UHGV virus genome: UHGV-0141727
Source: a virus
Length of the DNA: 64,000 nucleotides
Reading direction: 5' to 3' (one strand)
Part shown: piece after piece, positions 1 to 9,536 of the stretch
How positions within the stretch are numbered: position 1 is the first letter of the stretch
Layout of the letters: every line of letters begins with the position of its first letter
Position numbers and translations under genes: made by a program
Notes under the pieces: generated by a model
Seen by the model: the letters and a program-made list of their open reading frames with translations, nothing else
What the model was told of the DNA's origin: nothing
Databases searched by the model: none

Positions 1-90
1 TAAATCCGCCTTAAGCGGTACGGTTTGAGAGGGTATGGAGTGTGTTAATTTCGCAGAATCACACCCCGAAGGTTCTTACTCAAAAGGGGA

Positions 91-588
91 TCATGGTTGA
101 ACCTGGATAACATCACCGTTCTTAACGGTAATGATTTTGTTCAGAAGAACGATTTGCGGGAAATTTCCAGCATACCAACTGAACGAACCAATCACTTCAT
201 ACTGGCCTGGTGGTACGTTTTCGAACTCAAATTTGCCTTGAGCATCTGTCAGGACAGTTCTGTCATATTCCGCAACCCTGCCGTCGATTATTTCTAAGGT
301 CTGAGTGTCGTAATCAATTTTGGGGGTATTTTTGATATATGAAGTATACGGACGCAGTATGATATTGGAGCCAGCACCAATCTTCACATCCCCTCCGCGA
401 GTTACTCCAAATAATTCCCCCTTAACCTTACCTGTGCCTTTTTTCGGCAATGCCTGATATTCCTCGACAGGGAATGCCGGGCGTTTAACAAACTGTTTTA
501 CTTGCTGAGGCTTGTTGTATGTCTGAACCGGAGCACATCCTGATAATGCAAATGCACAAACAATAGTCGCTAATATTGCTTTTTTCAT
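91..588 (-). CDS. lipoprotein with CarboxypepD_reg-like region
   Basis: ORF 91..624; internal ATG at 588 gives MKKAILATIVCAFALSGC signal peptide with lipobox; GQYEV-type motif. Confidence 0.5.
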   Translation of the reverse strand: MKKAILATIVCAFALSGCAPVQTYNKPQQVKQFVKRPAFPVEEYQALPKKGTGKVKGELFGVTRGGDVKIGAGSNIILRPYTSYIKNTPKIDYDTQTLEIIDGRVAEYDRTVLTDAQGKFEFENVPPGQYEVIGSFSWYAGNFPQIVLLNKIITVKNGDVIQVQP

Positions 589-781
589 AACTTTCTCTTT
601 TCTCAAATAAATAACGCAAACCAATAATAACTAGTGTTATCATTAACTTAGCGCAACTTAACTTTTCTGTTAGATAATACATTGAATAAAGTTAAAGATG
701 AATGCCGTTTAATAATGTTTGGTGTAATAGAAATCACATTCTCAACATAGTTATTGCTCTTTTTTCATTCGGAGCATGATT

Positions 782-1267
782 ATGATCAATAATGAACCTC
801 GCTGGCTTATTGAAGCCCGTAAAAATATTGGAGTCACCGAAATAAAAGGAGCGAAACACAATCCTGAGATCGTCCAGTTCTGGCGGGATATTAAGCGCAG
901 CGGAATTAAAGACGACGAAACGCCGTGGTGCGCTGCATTTGTTGGTGCAATGCTGGAACGTGTAGGTATCCGCTCAACAAGATTTGAGTCGGCAAAATCC
1001 TATCTGGATTGGGGCGAGAAATTAGATACACCGGCATACGGATGTATCGTTGTATTTACTCGCGCAGGCGGTGGGCATGTAGGCTTTGTTGTCGGACGCC
1101 GCGCCAATGGCGATCTGCTTGTCTTGGGTGGGAACCAGGGGGATGCTGTTAATATTCGCGCATTCCCAACATCAAGAGTGTCTGGCTATCGCTGGCCTGC
1201 TGGCGAACCACGCAATACAGCTCTGTTACCAGTCGGAGACGCAGCAACCTCAACTAATGAGGCATAA
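782..1267 (+). CDS. cell-wall peptidase (CHAP/NlpC-P60-like Cys-His), probable endolysin-type hydrolase
   Basis: ORF 776..1267; WCAAFVG Cys and GGHVGFVV His motifs; GGAG 7 nt upstream of ATG 782. Confidence 0.5.
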   Translation: MINNEPRWLIEARKNIGVTEIKGAKHNPEIVQFWRDIKRSGIKDDETPWCAAFVGAMLERVGIRSTRFESAKSYLDWGEKLDTPAYGCIVVFTRAGGGHVGFVVGRRANGDLLVLGGNQGDAVNIRAFPTSRVSGYRWPAGEPRNTALLPVGDAATSTNEA

Positions 1268-1290
1268 AAAAGCCCCGGCCAGGCCGGGGC
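1265..1290 (-). terminator. GC-rich hairpin GCCCCGG/CCGGGGC followed by T-run on minus strand, downstream of ant fragment
   Basis: inverted repeat 1272-1290 with A6 on plus (T6 on minus). Confidence 0.5.
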
Positions 1291-1298
1291 ATCACACT

Positions 1299-2203
1299 TC
1301 AAGTTACGATCCAATCATTACCGACTGCATCCGCCGTCGATAAATCGACTTCCCGGATCTGGTATCCATTAATACAAAACCATCCAGTGGTAGAGCTATT
1401 ATCAGGCCAGACCCATACACCAACACTCCATGCTTTACGGCGGCACACTTCAGCCTGTCCTTCCCTGATTTTTTTTACCGCCTGCATGATGTCCATCACT
1501 CGCCTCCCCAACCGATTACCTGGAATTGCCCCATCCTTGGGTGATACCAGCGTTTTCCTCGGTGTTCAGCCTCCGACATCATCAGGGTAAAGGCATTCAT
1601 GAAGGGAGATAAGGCCACAATAGTACGACGCGACAATACCCCCTCTGGCGTCAAAAACTCATGCGTATCTGTGGGGATCCGGTAAGCGTTGACCAAGTTA
1701 CGGCATTTGGCTTCAGTCAGGCCGCATTTCGCCGCTAACTGGCGATAGCCAATGTAACCTTCCGGCATGTTGCCCTTCTTGATCTGCTCGACGGTTTCAG
1801 CGACCTGGCTAACCTTTGACTCAACAGCATGAAGCCGCTTTTGCTGCTGAACTGCATTCGCAGCCATTGCAGCGATCATCTCTATTTCGGTCAACGGCTG
1901 GCGTACTTGTTCTTCCAGTTCGCGCCAGCGGTCCACCAGCCGGGCGGTAAATTCGGGAGAAAGCTGCGCAACGACAATGATACTGTCACGCTTGCCTTGC
2001 TCGCCTTCGAAGAAATAGGCTTTTGTGTATTTATTAGGGCTAAGTGATTGATTATTCTCAACTGTAGCCAATGGCGTATGTTGGATAACTCCTTTAGCAA
2101 CAAGTCTTTCGATGCTGCGTTTAACATCAGAGTGACGACTTCCCACCAGTTCCGCGATCTCAATGCTGGTCATTGATGGCTTTTCGAGAATGCAGATATC
2201 CAT
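1299..2203 (-). pseudogene. Rha-family antirepressor (Ant-like) disrupted by frameshift
   Basis: ORFs 1496..2203 (Rha N-terminal domain, IAELVGSRH motif) and 1299..1511 overlap in different frames; together they align to the intact paralog 51286..52227. Confidence 0.55.
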
Positions 2204-2427
2204 CAGTGAGCCTCCGCAATGCCGGGATTGGTAATATTGCGATACCAGGGATTAGTGTTTGGTTGTGGGGAAGTAGAGAAACGACCAGTGAGAACGCCAT
2301 ACTGATCAGGGATCAGAGAACGGGCTTCTTTTTCAGTTGCGGCAATTGCGAAGTGATCACAATGTTTTTGCAGGGAGTGGAAACGCCAGATGAATTCTGG
2401 ACGTGAGCAAGGATTGGCATTAACCAT
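2203..2427 (-). CDS. icd: Icd-like host cell division inhibitor
   Basis: C-terminal part of ORF 2203..2751; internal ATG at 2427 with GAGG upstream; EFIWRFHSLQKH motif shared with paralog 52227..52442; directly precedes ant-like gene. Confidence 0.55.
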   Translation of the reverse strand: MVNANPCSRPEFIWRFHSLQKHCDHFAIAATEKEARSLIPDQYGVLTGRFSTSPQPNTNPWYRNITNPGIAEAH

Positions 2428-2583
2428 AGTTACGGCCTCATGTACAGGTTTAACAACCTGCAACCCGCTGCTAAACGGGTGGCAGGACGTGACGGGGTTA
2501 GCAGACTGGCGTACATGAAACCAGCAGGCCGAAGCCTCCCCATCACGCCCCACCATAATTTGGGCGTAACGTGGTTTACGGAC

Positions 2584-2614
2584 ACAAAAATACCGCAATA
2601 TCGGATATCTGCGG
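2584..2614 (-). terminator. hairpin plus T-tract on minus strand about 160 nt upstream of icd start
   Basis: CCGCA...TGCGG stem followed by TATTTTTGTG on minus strand; analogous element in copy 2 at 52625-52651. Confidence 0.3.
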
Positions 2615-2754
2615 TTGTCCGCATGTACATTCAGGCTGCTAAACCCGGTCGCAGAATTTGCTACGACGGCATGAATATAAGCCTGAACATTAGAAAGATC
2701 AACAGAATTTTTATCAGATGCTGTTTTTTTGTGACGATGTAAATCATACATTCC

Positions 2755-2787
2755 TGATTAGAAACATCAATTTAATTTTCTAACACA
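2755..2787. promoter_or_regulatory. operator-like inverted repeat ATTAGAAA-N12-TTTCTAAC upstream of immunity-like module 1
   Basis: member of recurring TGTTAGAAAA/TTTTCTAACA motif family seen at 7 sites. Confidence 0.4.
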
Positions 2788-2842
2788 CAATTACGAGCGA
2801 TGATTTTTCCGCCGCACGGTTATTGTACAGTCAATCGCAACA

Positions 2843-3802
2843 TCATCCCCGAAAGCCCTCCGGAATTGACCAGTCTTCCCGGTCAAATTCAGACCGATAG
2901 CCACGCTGTTTCATCTGGTCAAATGCTTCATTGATGGTTGCACATCCCTGGGAACCAGAATAATCCATAGAGAAATCCAGGGCGCTGGATCGTTTGGGCT
3001 TATTCACCGTGGTAGCACTACGTATCCATGCAAATTTTTTTGCCAGTTTTTCAGCGGTACGATACAGAGCCTGCCGTTTTGCGTACCCCTCGTCTGAACG
3101 ACGCTTTGCAGCTCTCGCTTTTGCCGCCGCCAAACAGTGGTTGGTATGTTCTTCCCTGATTACTGTTTTTTTATCCAGCAAGCCATTATCCGCTTGAGAA
3201 CTATCTGCTGGTGAAGCCTTTGGCTGAACCGCGCATGATCTTTCTCTTCTTTTGGCTATAGAGTGACTCTTATTTTCTATTGGCTGTTCATTTTGAACAT
3301 GGGGGGACTTGTTCAATTTGAACAGGGGGTGCCCAGTTTCAAAAAAATAACGAACCTTTGAAATCAACTGCTTAACCAGTTTTGTGGCGTTGGCAAATTT
3401 GATGCCCTGCTTACTCCCTATCTCCATTGCTACATGAATGAAGTGGAGAAATTGTGTTGTAAACCGGTACACGTTACACACCTGAGCATTGTTATTCGCT
3501 ACCTGATGCTGCTTAACAAGCATTCCGCACTTCGTCGCTTCGGTAAATGCCCGGCGCACAGTAGAAATACTGCGTCCTGTAATCTCGGACATATCAGCAT
3601 ATGAGCGACGGATCATGTATTCATCGGTAGCTCCTGCCAGGTTGGCGAACTCGGCAATAATGGCGCTATGTGAAGGGGAAAGAAAACCGCTATGACGAGC
3701 AAAAAAACTCAACTGATGACCTTTGATTTTTTTGTGGTATTCAGTGTTGTTTTTATACTCAGAAGTGTTGAAAGTTACTGGAACTGAATTTAAAATACTC
3801 AT
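2843..3802 (-). CDS. winged-HTH DNA-binding protein (possible replication or regulatory protein)
   Basis: ORF; HTH-like segment SEITGRSISTVRRAFTEATKCGMLV; 9-bp inverted repeat GTATAAATC/GATTTATAC in its promoter region 3828-3856. Confidence 0.35.
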   Translation of the reverse strand: MSILNSVPVTFNTSEYKNNTEYHKKIKGHQLSFFARHSGFLSPSHSAIIAEFANLAGATDEYMIRRSYADMSEITGRSISTVRRAFTEATKCGMLVKQHQVANNNAQVCNVYRFTTQFLHFIHVAMEIGSKQGIKFANATKLVKQLISKVRYFFETGHPLFKLNKSPHVQNEQPIENKSHSIAKRRERSCAVQPKASPADSSQADNGLLDKKTVIREEHTNHCLAAAKARAAKRRSDEGYAKRQALYRTAEKLAKKFAWIRSATTVNKPKRSSALDFSMDYSGSQGCATINEAFDQMKQRGYRSEFDREDWSIPEGFRG

Positions 3803-3864
3803 CAGATAGTTCCGTGAAAAATCTATCTACCGTATAAATCTATGCCAGTGGATTTATACACCCA

Positions 3865-3896
3865 AAAGCCGCTACTCAGCGGCTTTTGCTTTTTTG
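3865..3896 (+). terminator. intrinsic terminator-like hairpin AAAGCCGCT/AGCGGCTTT with T-tract on plus strand
   Basis: stem-loop followed by TTGCTTTTTTGG; no annotated plus-strand gene upstream. Confidence 0.35.
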
Positions 3897-4000
3897 GCAG
3901 TCGCTACCGGAGCAGTGACCGCGATCCTACTCGATCACGTGCCGTCGGATCAACAGTGTATAAAAACACACTGTGTTAGAAAATTAAGCTAGCTTTTAGC

Positions 4001-4999
4001 TCACATCCTCTTAGACACAAAGATCAGCGGAGTCACCGTCTTGTTCTCTTTCACCGGTATTTCTTGTTGTTTATTGGCTGATATTGGCAGACCATAAGTG
4101 GCATTAGCCCCTAGGGATTCAAGCATCGCTGCGACAATGCGTGCATCATCCTCTGACTGCATACGGCAGAGCGCCCGGCGCTGTTCTGCGCTGATAAAAA
4201 CAGGCATTTCCTGGATAGCATCACGCAAAATACGGCGGCATTTCTTCGCGTTCTCCCCCTGGCTTTCCATCATCGCGGCCTGGTCGCGTAGTTTGTCGCG
4301 AAGCTGCATATTTTCCACTTCAAGATGTATCAGTTCCGATTCCAGAGCTTCACGCTGTGCTGATTCAATCATTGCTTGTTGACTTTGCATTTGTGCAAAG
4401 TGATGAACAATATCTGTAGCCTGATTGTCAGTGAAACCTTGATCCATCAGCGACGTGTGCATAACAGCTTCACGCTCTTCAACGGACTCCATCATCGGTA
4501 TCTGTTTATCGAGGCTGATATAGTTCGGCACGGTAACGTAATCAAATCCATGAAAGGAGTTTACTATTGACACGAAAGAATCAGGTCCAATAGTCGCCCA
4601 TGACCAACCGCCAGCATTTGAGTTGATCAATCCTTGAACAATATGCCCTGTATATGAATCAAGAATTTCTTGGGTGTGCGTAATGACACCATTATCGTCA
4701 ATAGAAATATCAACTGTTCTGTTAGATGGCACATTTTCCAGAAGAAGAGGCTTACCATCCATCATAACAACGCAAACCTCTGGCAAATCTAGTGATTTAG
4801 TTTTGTTGTAATACATCGAGCGGCGACCATGACCGTAATATCCAAATAGCTCACCAAGAGCCATGCGCTCTTTAACTAGCGGTGATGTTATGGTTTTTCG
4901 CACAGCCTCAATAATGTATTTTCGGTTGTTCTGCGGTGTATGTTTGCGGATTTTCTCTACCAGGGAGAAGCGATCCGTAACGGTATTCAGTGATTGCAT
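4001..4999 (-). CDS. head morphogenesis protein (prohead protease/scaffold-like by size and position)
   Basis: ORF 332 aa immediately downstream of portal-size gene; coiled-coil C-terminal half. Confidence 0.3.
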   Translation of the reverse strand: MQSLNTVTDRFSLVEKIRKHTPQNNRKYIIEAVRKTITSPLVKERMALGELFGYYGHGRRSMYYNKTKSLDLPEVCVVMMDGKPLLLENVPSNRTVDISIDDNGVITHTQEILDSYTGHIVQGLINSNAGGWSWATIGPDSFVSIVNSFHGFDYVTVPNYISLDKQIPMMESVEEREAVMHTSLMDQGFTDNQATDIVHHFAQMQSQQAMIESAQREALESELIHLEVENMQLRDKLRDQAAMMESQGENAKKCRRILRDAIQEMPVFISAEQRRALCRMQSEDDARIVAAMLESLGANATYGLPISANKQQEIPVKENKTVTPLIFVSKRM

Positions 5000-5012
5000 T
5001 ATTTCCCTCCGG

Positions 5013-6698
5013 TTAATTATTGCTCATCACAAATTTTGCAAAGTTGATTAATTGTTCTTGCGTCCAGTTTTCCGGATCGTCACCGGACGACAACGGCGCG
5101 GATTCGTACATACCATGCTCGTTGTTTTGCTCTGATTCATTCGCCTTAAACTCTTTGATCATTACGTTGAGAGTGTCATCGTCGATACGAAGCTGTTCGG
5201 TGAACAGATAGCGCATAAACGCGTCGCTACCCGCCAGTTTCGGGTTGTTCTGGATCTGGTCCATTATTTGCGAGATGACAGCTACGAAGTTGGCGCGCGC
5301 ATCCAGCTCTCGGTTTTCCTCTTCCTGGATAGCTGTGTTCATTGAGTTGAATTGCACGTCATAAGGACGGTTTTTTTCGGTGTAAACCTTCCCGTATTTA
5401 TAAGCGAGGTGAATGTCATGAAGCCGATAAATAGTCCGCTGGGCGGCCTGTCTGATCCAGTTCGCGCGTAATGCGGCCTGGATAGCTGTTTGCTGCCAAC
5501 CGCCTTCTCCAAGCCCCCCACTCATCTGATCAGCCCAGCCAAGCATTGTTGCGTCAATGCCGAGGCTTGCCGCGAGCTGTCGGAGATGAAACATAACGTC
5601 TTCGATACCACTGATATCTGCGGGTATAGATTGCGTATCAATGGTGATCCCGTTCTTCCCATCCCCCATGACAGGTATCAGATGGTTAAGTACAGATGGG
5701 AGAGCATTAGAATTAATTGACCGTTGCGCTACGAGGTCGCTATGGCGCTTCAGTGCCTGGCTGACCCCGCGCGTATAATTCGCCGCGTTTACCGGATCTA
5801 TCGTGTTCGTTGTGAGTGCAATCAGGCGATCAATTTTTGCAGCGTTGTTTCGCGTTGCTTTCAGCGCAGCAAGCGCGGCACATAAATTCAGGTAGGGTTC
5901 ATAACTGTATTCAAGAAACGACGTACCGTAGTTCTGTGTCTCCATTAACGGCTTGTCCTGCTGTTCACTAAGCAAGGAATAGCCTGTAGTGCCGTAAGTT
6001 ACTGGCATTACTTTATGCTGAGGCGTCCAGTACGGGTTTTTCATGGAAACCAGATTCCACGGCTCGGTTATAACTCTGCGCAAAGTATGCGTGTCCAGAA
6101 TGTAATCACCGCTGAATCCGACAAGTTGGCTACCGCGATAAAACTCCTGAACGAAATGAGGGAGCGTGTAATAGCTCGACTCAATTCCAGTTATCCCCTT
6201 CCCTTGCTCTGCATATGGACGGATATACGACACACCGAAAATAGCCATGATCATGGCCCACGATGGAAGGCCATCATTAATCATTGAGCTTAAATCAGCG
6301 GTCAATTCCTCACATCGACTTACAGCCTCCTTATCCGCCCCATTTTTCGGAGCGAGAATAAATGCGAGGCCTGTTTTTTTTGATGGAGCCAGAGAATGCG
6401 CAATGTGAATGTTTAATGCTGTGGAGATAGTCGGACTTTTCGCCATCGTCTCCAGTATGTTGTATTTTTGCAGGCGGTCACTCGGTAATTCTGCCGATAT
6501 AGATACTGTATCCGCCGCGCTTGTCATTCCATCGCTATTGCTCCCCAGGATGCCTGGACGCAAGGCGGACAGGCCAGAACGAGCAACGACGCTATGCCCG
6601 CTCGCAAATACGACCGGATCGGCAGGCGTAACATCACCACCGCTGAAGGCTTTCTTCAATGCCGACAGAAAGCCCTTGTTTTTGTCTTTCGTTGCCAT
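5013..6698 (-). CDS. portal-like virion protein
   Basis: ORF 561 aa, portal-sized, first gene of head operon; assignment by size and synteny only. Confidence 0.35.
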   Translation of the reverse strand: MATKDKNKGFLSALKKAFSGGDVTPADPVVFASGHSVVARSGLSALRPGILGSNSDGMTSAADTVSISAELPSDRLQKYNILETMAKSPTISTALNIHIAHSLAPSKKTGLAFILAPKNGADKEAVSRCEELTADLSSMINDGLPSWAMIMAIFGVSYIRPYAEQGKGITGIESSYYTLPHFVQEFYRGSQLVGFSGDYILDTHTLRRVITEPWNLVSMKNPYWTPQHKVMPVTYGTTGYSLLSEQQDKPLMETQNYGTSFLEYSYEPYLNLCAALAALKATRNNAAKIDRLIALTTNTIDPVNAANYTRGVSQALKRHSDLVAQRSINSNALPSVLNHLIPVMGDGKNGITIDTQSIPADISGIEDVMFHLRQLAASLGIDATMLGWADQMSGGLGEGGWQQTAIQAALRANWIRQAAQRTIYRLHDIHLAYKYGKVYTEKNRPYDVQFNSMNTAIQEEENRELDARANFVAVISQIMDQIQNNPKLAGSDAFMRYLFTEQLRIDDDTLNVMIKEFKANESEQNNEHGMYESAPLSSGDDPENWTQEQLINFAKFVMSNN

Positions 6699-6930
6699 GA
6701 TTCACCGCAAAAGGTTTCCGATTTCGTGGCAGCTTATCCAGTGTGTGATTTCATCAGTAATTTTTCGTTGTTTTCACTATATGCTGATGTTTTTTCATAT
6801 GCGGAAATGCTTTTCCAAAAACGCAACCGCCAAACAAAGAAGTTATGTTTATAAACATTTTTGTTGTGTTTTATATCTTTTGTGTTATTATTCTTGTCGC
6901 CCATGATGGATAAATTGCATAAGGAAACTT

Positions 6931-7113
6931 GTGAAGTATTCAGAGTTCAAACGCTGGTTAATCCAGCAAGGGGCAGAGTTCAGGAAAGCGCCAGGTGGCG
7001 GCAGTCATCAGAAAGTGAACCTGAACGGAAAGCGGTCGGTTTTCCCGGACCACGGTTCAAAGGAAATGCCTGAACCGCTACGCAAGAAAATAATGAAGGA
7101 CCTGGGGCTTTAA
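6931..7113 (+). CDS. hicA: HicA toxin (mRNA interferase)
   Basis: 60-aa ORF MKYSEFKRWL...GGGSHQK; GTG start with AAGGA RBS; followed by hicB. Confidence 0.8.
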   Translation: MKYSEFKRWLIQQGAEFRKAPGGGSHQKVNLNGKRSVFPDHGSKEMPEPLRKKIMKDLGL

Positions 7114-7143
7114 GCCCCAGCCTTTTTCACTAGGAGCTTCTCT

Positions 7144-7575
7144 ATGTTTAACTATCCGGTAAAACTGGAGCGCGACGACAATACCGGCGCGTATGTCGTA
7201 TCATGCCGCGACCTACCATTGTTTAATTCCGTGGGTGACTCAGTTGAAGAAGCGTTGCTTGAGGCTGGTTATGGATTGGTCGCAGCGGTTGCGATTGAGA
7301 TTGAAGAACGCCGACCTGTTCCCACTGGTAGCGAGCCAAAAGAAGGTGAGTACGTTGTCTCTTTGCCAGTGCTACCAGCAATGAAGGCTGCACTCCACAA
7401 CGCGATGATAGAAACCGGCACACGCAAAGCAGAGTTGGCGCGCAAACTCGGAAAAAATGGAACACAGATTGATCGGCTTCTCGACGTCGAACATTCATCG
7501 AAAGTTGAAACTGTCGAGTTGGCACTGCATCAACTGAATAAAAATATCGCCGTATCTGTCACACCAATGCGGTGA
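7144..7575 (+). CDS. hicB: HicB antitoxin with C-terminal DNA-binding region
   Basis: 143-aa ORF immediately downstream of hicA. Confidence 0.8.
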   Translation: MFNYPVKLERDDNTGAYVVSCRDLPLFNSVGDSVEEALLEAGYGLVAAVAIEIEERRPVPTGSEPKEGEYVVSLPVLPAMKAALHNAMIETGTRKAELARKLGKNGTQIDRLLDVEHSSKVETVELALHQLNKNIAVSVTPMR

Positions 7576-7687
7576 CTGCTCCCCGCCCTGGCTGGGCGAG
7601 GATTTACGGGGTATTTGTTAAAAACGCTCTATTCAAAGAAGAAATACCGAATCCCCCGGAGGTTATCCGGGGTGTCCGGTCGCCAGG

Positions 7688-9073
7688 TCAGGTTTCCAGC
7701 CCAAAATCGCTTTGTTCTGTTTTGGCTTCGAACATCGTGAAGTTAAGCCCTTTCCCCTCTCCATGTTCCAGTTCAATCTCATTAGAAACAGCGGTCAAAA
7801 TACTACGTAGATCGACATCTCCACCGCCGAACATATCGCCCAACGCCTGCTGTTTATGAATCAGTTCGTCGTTGATTTTTTGTGCCATTTTTTTGAATGC
7901 AGCCCCCATGCGCTTCGCGCTTCGATTATTTGCCACGATGAATAGCGCCAACGCCTCAGCTTCCGGCGTGCTATCACCGAAGAGTCCGCGCTGGGCTATC
8001 ACCTCTTCCACTGCCTGACCGTTGTCTTTGGCTTCACGAACAAGGTTAATCGCGTCCTGGAGTGCTGCTATAGCCTGTTTATCCAGACCGTTCACCTGCT
8101 CTATACCATCAACCAGACCAGTTACAGCATCATGATGTGCATCGCCAGAAATCGACTGCATTTGCGCAAAGTCACTGGCTGCTGTATTAAGCGCGGTCAG
8201 GATATTGCGCATTTCCGGATCCGGTTCTTCCGCCACAAGCCGAACAAGTCGCTCATCCTTATAGGCTTTGGCAAAAATCGCATTCTGAATGCGATCGATA
8301 AGCTGTTTCGTTGGACGTCCATCGGCTGTAAGCAAACCTGCCGTCGCGGTATCGCCTATTTCGTGCAAAAACGCACGAATAAACGCATCATTGGACCGCG
8401 CCAGTAGATTGCCATCATCTGAAGGATTAAATAGCGCCATGACGCTCTCAGTGAGAAATTGCGCATCCGCATACGCTTTCTCACTTGCAGCCATCTCTTG
8501 CAGATCGCTGATGTTTGAGTCGCGTGCAAATTGAGCACGATCAACGTCAGTGAGGCGCTCGCGAACCAGTACAGGCATCACCATTGCCCTGACGTCTTCG
8601 GGATTAAGGCCAAACTCTTTAGCGTGATCGATAAGATATTGTCGGTAATCTTCAGCCTGCCCTTGTTCATAAGCACGCCAGATTCCCATGCTTCGACCAT
8701 TACCAGACTCAACGACATTATCCGGACCAACAATCGGGGAACCATGACTACTCATACCCGAATCAGTGAGTTGTGCCGGGCGTAAATTGGCGGCGATACG
8801 GTTAACCTGGAGCTTACTTGACAGTCGGGTGCGATCGCGAGGCTGGAGTTCCTCCGGAAATGACGGATTTATACTTCCGTCCAGGTTGTTAGAAATGATG
8901 AGCTTTTTGGCATCAATAACCTTGAACGCTGTTTTAACTTCGTCGCCTTTGCTGGTGACGACATAGCTGCTACGCCCCAACTTCGTCTCTTGCTTTTCAA
9001 GAGATGACACCACAGCGATAACCCCCTCAATGTTCGCTGCGGCTAGAAGTGCTGATGTTACGTTTTGAGTCAC
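7688..9073 (-). CDS. hypothetical virion-associated protein (last gene of Dar-like cluster)
   Basis: ORF 461 aa; position after DarA/DdrA-like genes. Confidence 0.3.
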   Translation of the reverse strand: MTQNVTSALLAAANIEGVIAVVSSLEKQETKLGRSSYVVTSKGDEVKTAFKVIDAKKLIISNNLDGSINPSFPEELQPRDRTRLSSKLQVNRIAANLRPAQLTDSGMSSHGSPIVGPDNVVESGNGRSMGIWRAYEQGQAEDYRQYLIDHAKEFGLNPEDVRAMVMPVLVRERLTDVDRAQFARDSNISDLQEMAASEKAYADAQFLTESVMALFNPSDDGNLLARSNDAFIRAFLHEIGDTATAGLLTADGRPTKQLIDRIQNAIFAKAYKDERLVRLVAEEPDPEMRNILTALNTAASDFAQMQSISGDAHHDAVTGLVDGIEQVNGLDKQAIAALQDAINLVREAKDNGQAVEEVIAQRGLFGDSTPEAEALALFIVANNRSAKRMGAAFKKMAQKINDELIHKQQALGDMFGGGDVDLRSILTAVSNEIELEHGEGKGLNFTMFEAKTEQSDFGLET

Positions 9074-9142
9074 AATTAACCACCTTTCTGTAAAAAAGGC
9101 AGTGTAAAAAGTGTGTTATTTCGCTGACTATTTTAAGAAGAA

Positions 9143-9168
9143 AGGGGCATTCTGCCCCTCTCTTTTAC
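9143..9168. terminator. hairpin AGGGGCA/TGCCCCT with flanking T-rich tracts
   Basis: stem-loop between 9165..9536 gene end and 7688..9073 gene start. Confidence 0.3.
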
Positions 9169-9536
9169 GCTGCATACCCGTTAGCTGAAACCCAGTTTAC
9201 GGTCTGTTCTTTGGCCTGGTCGAGTGTCAAAAATTCACCAATATATTGAGATATGCCTCTCAAAGCATCGATGAACTCCATTTGTGATGATTTAGTAAAT
9301 GCACCACTAAGGAAGTCAACAACAATTTTAGGCGTTTCTTGTGCCGCCGGTTGCACTTCCTCTTCTTGCTGTTGCGCTGGATTATTCGATGAACCAAGCC
9401 CCAGCTTCATCATCACTTCAACTATCCGCACGCCAATAGTGACACGTTGTACCGCAGTCGCGCTTTTTTGCGCTGACATCAGCTCAGACAGTTCTTTGCC
9501 TAAGCTAAGGCGCTCCGTTACTGATATTTTCACCAC
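9165..9536 (-). CDS. small protein, P1 DdrA-like position
   Basis: ORF 123 aa downstream of DarA-sized gene. Confidence 0.3.
   Translation of the reverse strand: MVKISVTERLSLGKELSELMSAQKSATAVQRVTIGVRIVEVMMKLGLGSSNNPAQQQEEEVQPAAQETPKIVVDFLSGAFTKSSQMEFIDALRGISQYIGEFLTLDQAKEQTVNWVSANGYAA

Noticed and set aside
2428-2751. N-terminal 108 codons of ORF 2203..2751 as part of a 182-aa protein
   Set aside because: The Icd-like homology starts at the internal ATG (2427), the paralog is only 71 aa, and a terminator-like hairpin lies inside the upstream part; the extension is probably non-coding.
6409-6906. Plus-strand ORF of 165 aa overlapping the portal-like gene start
   Set aside because: It lies antisense to a well-supported gene and crosses the AT-rich divergent promoter region, with no RBS; judged spurious.
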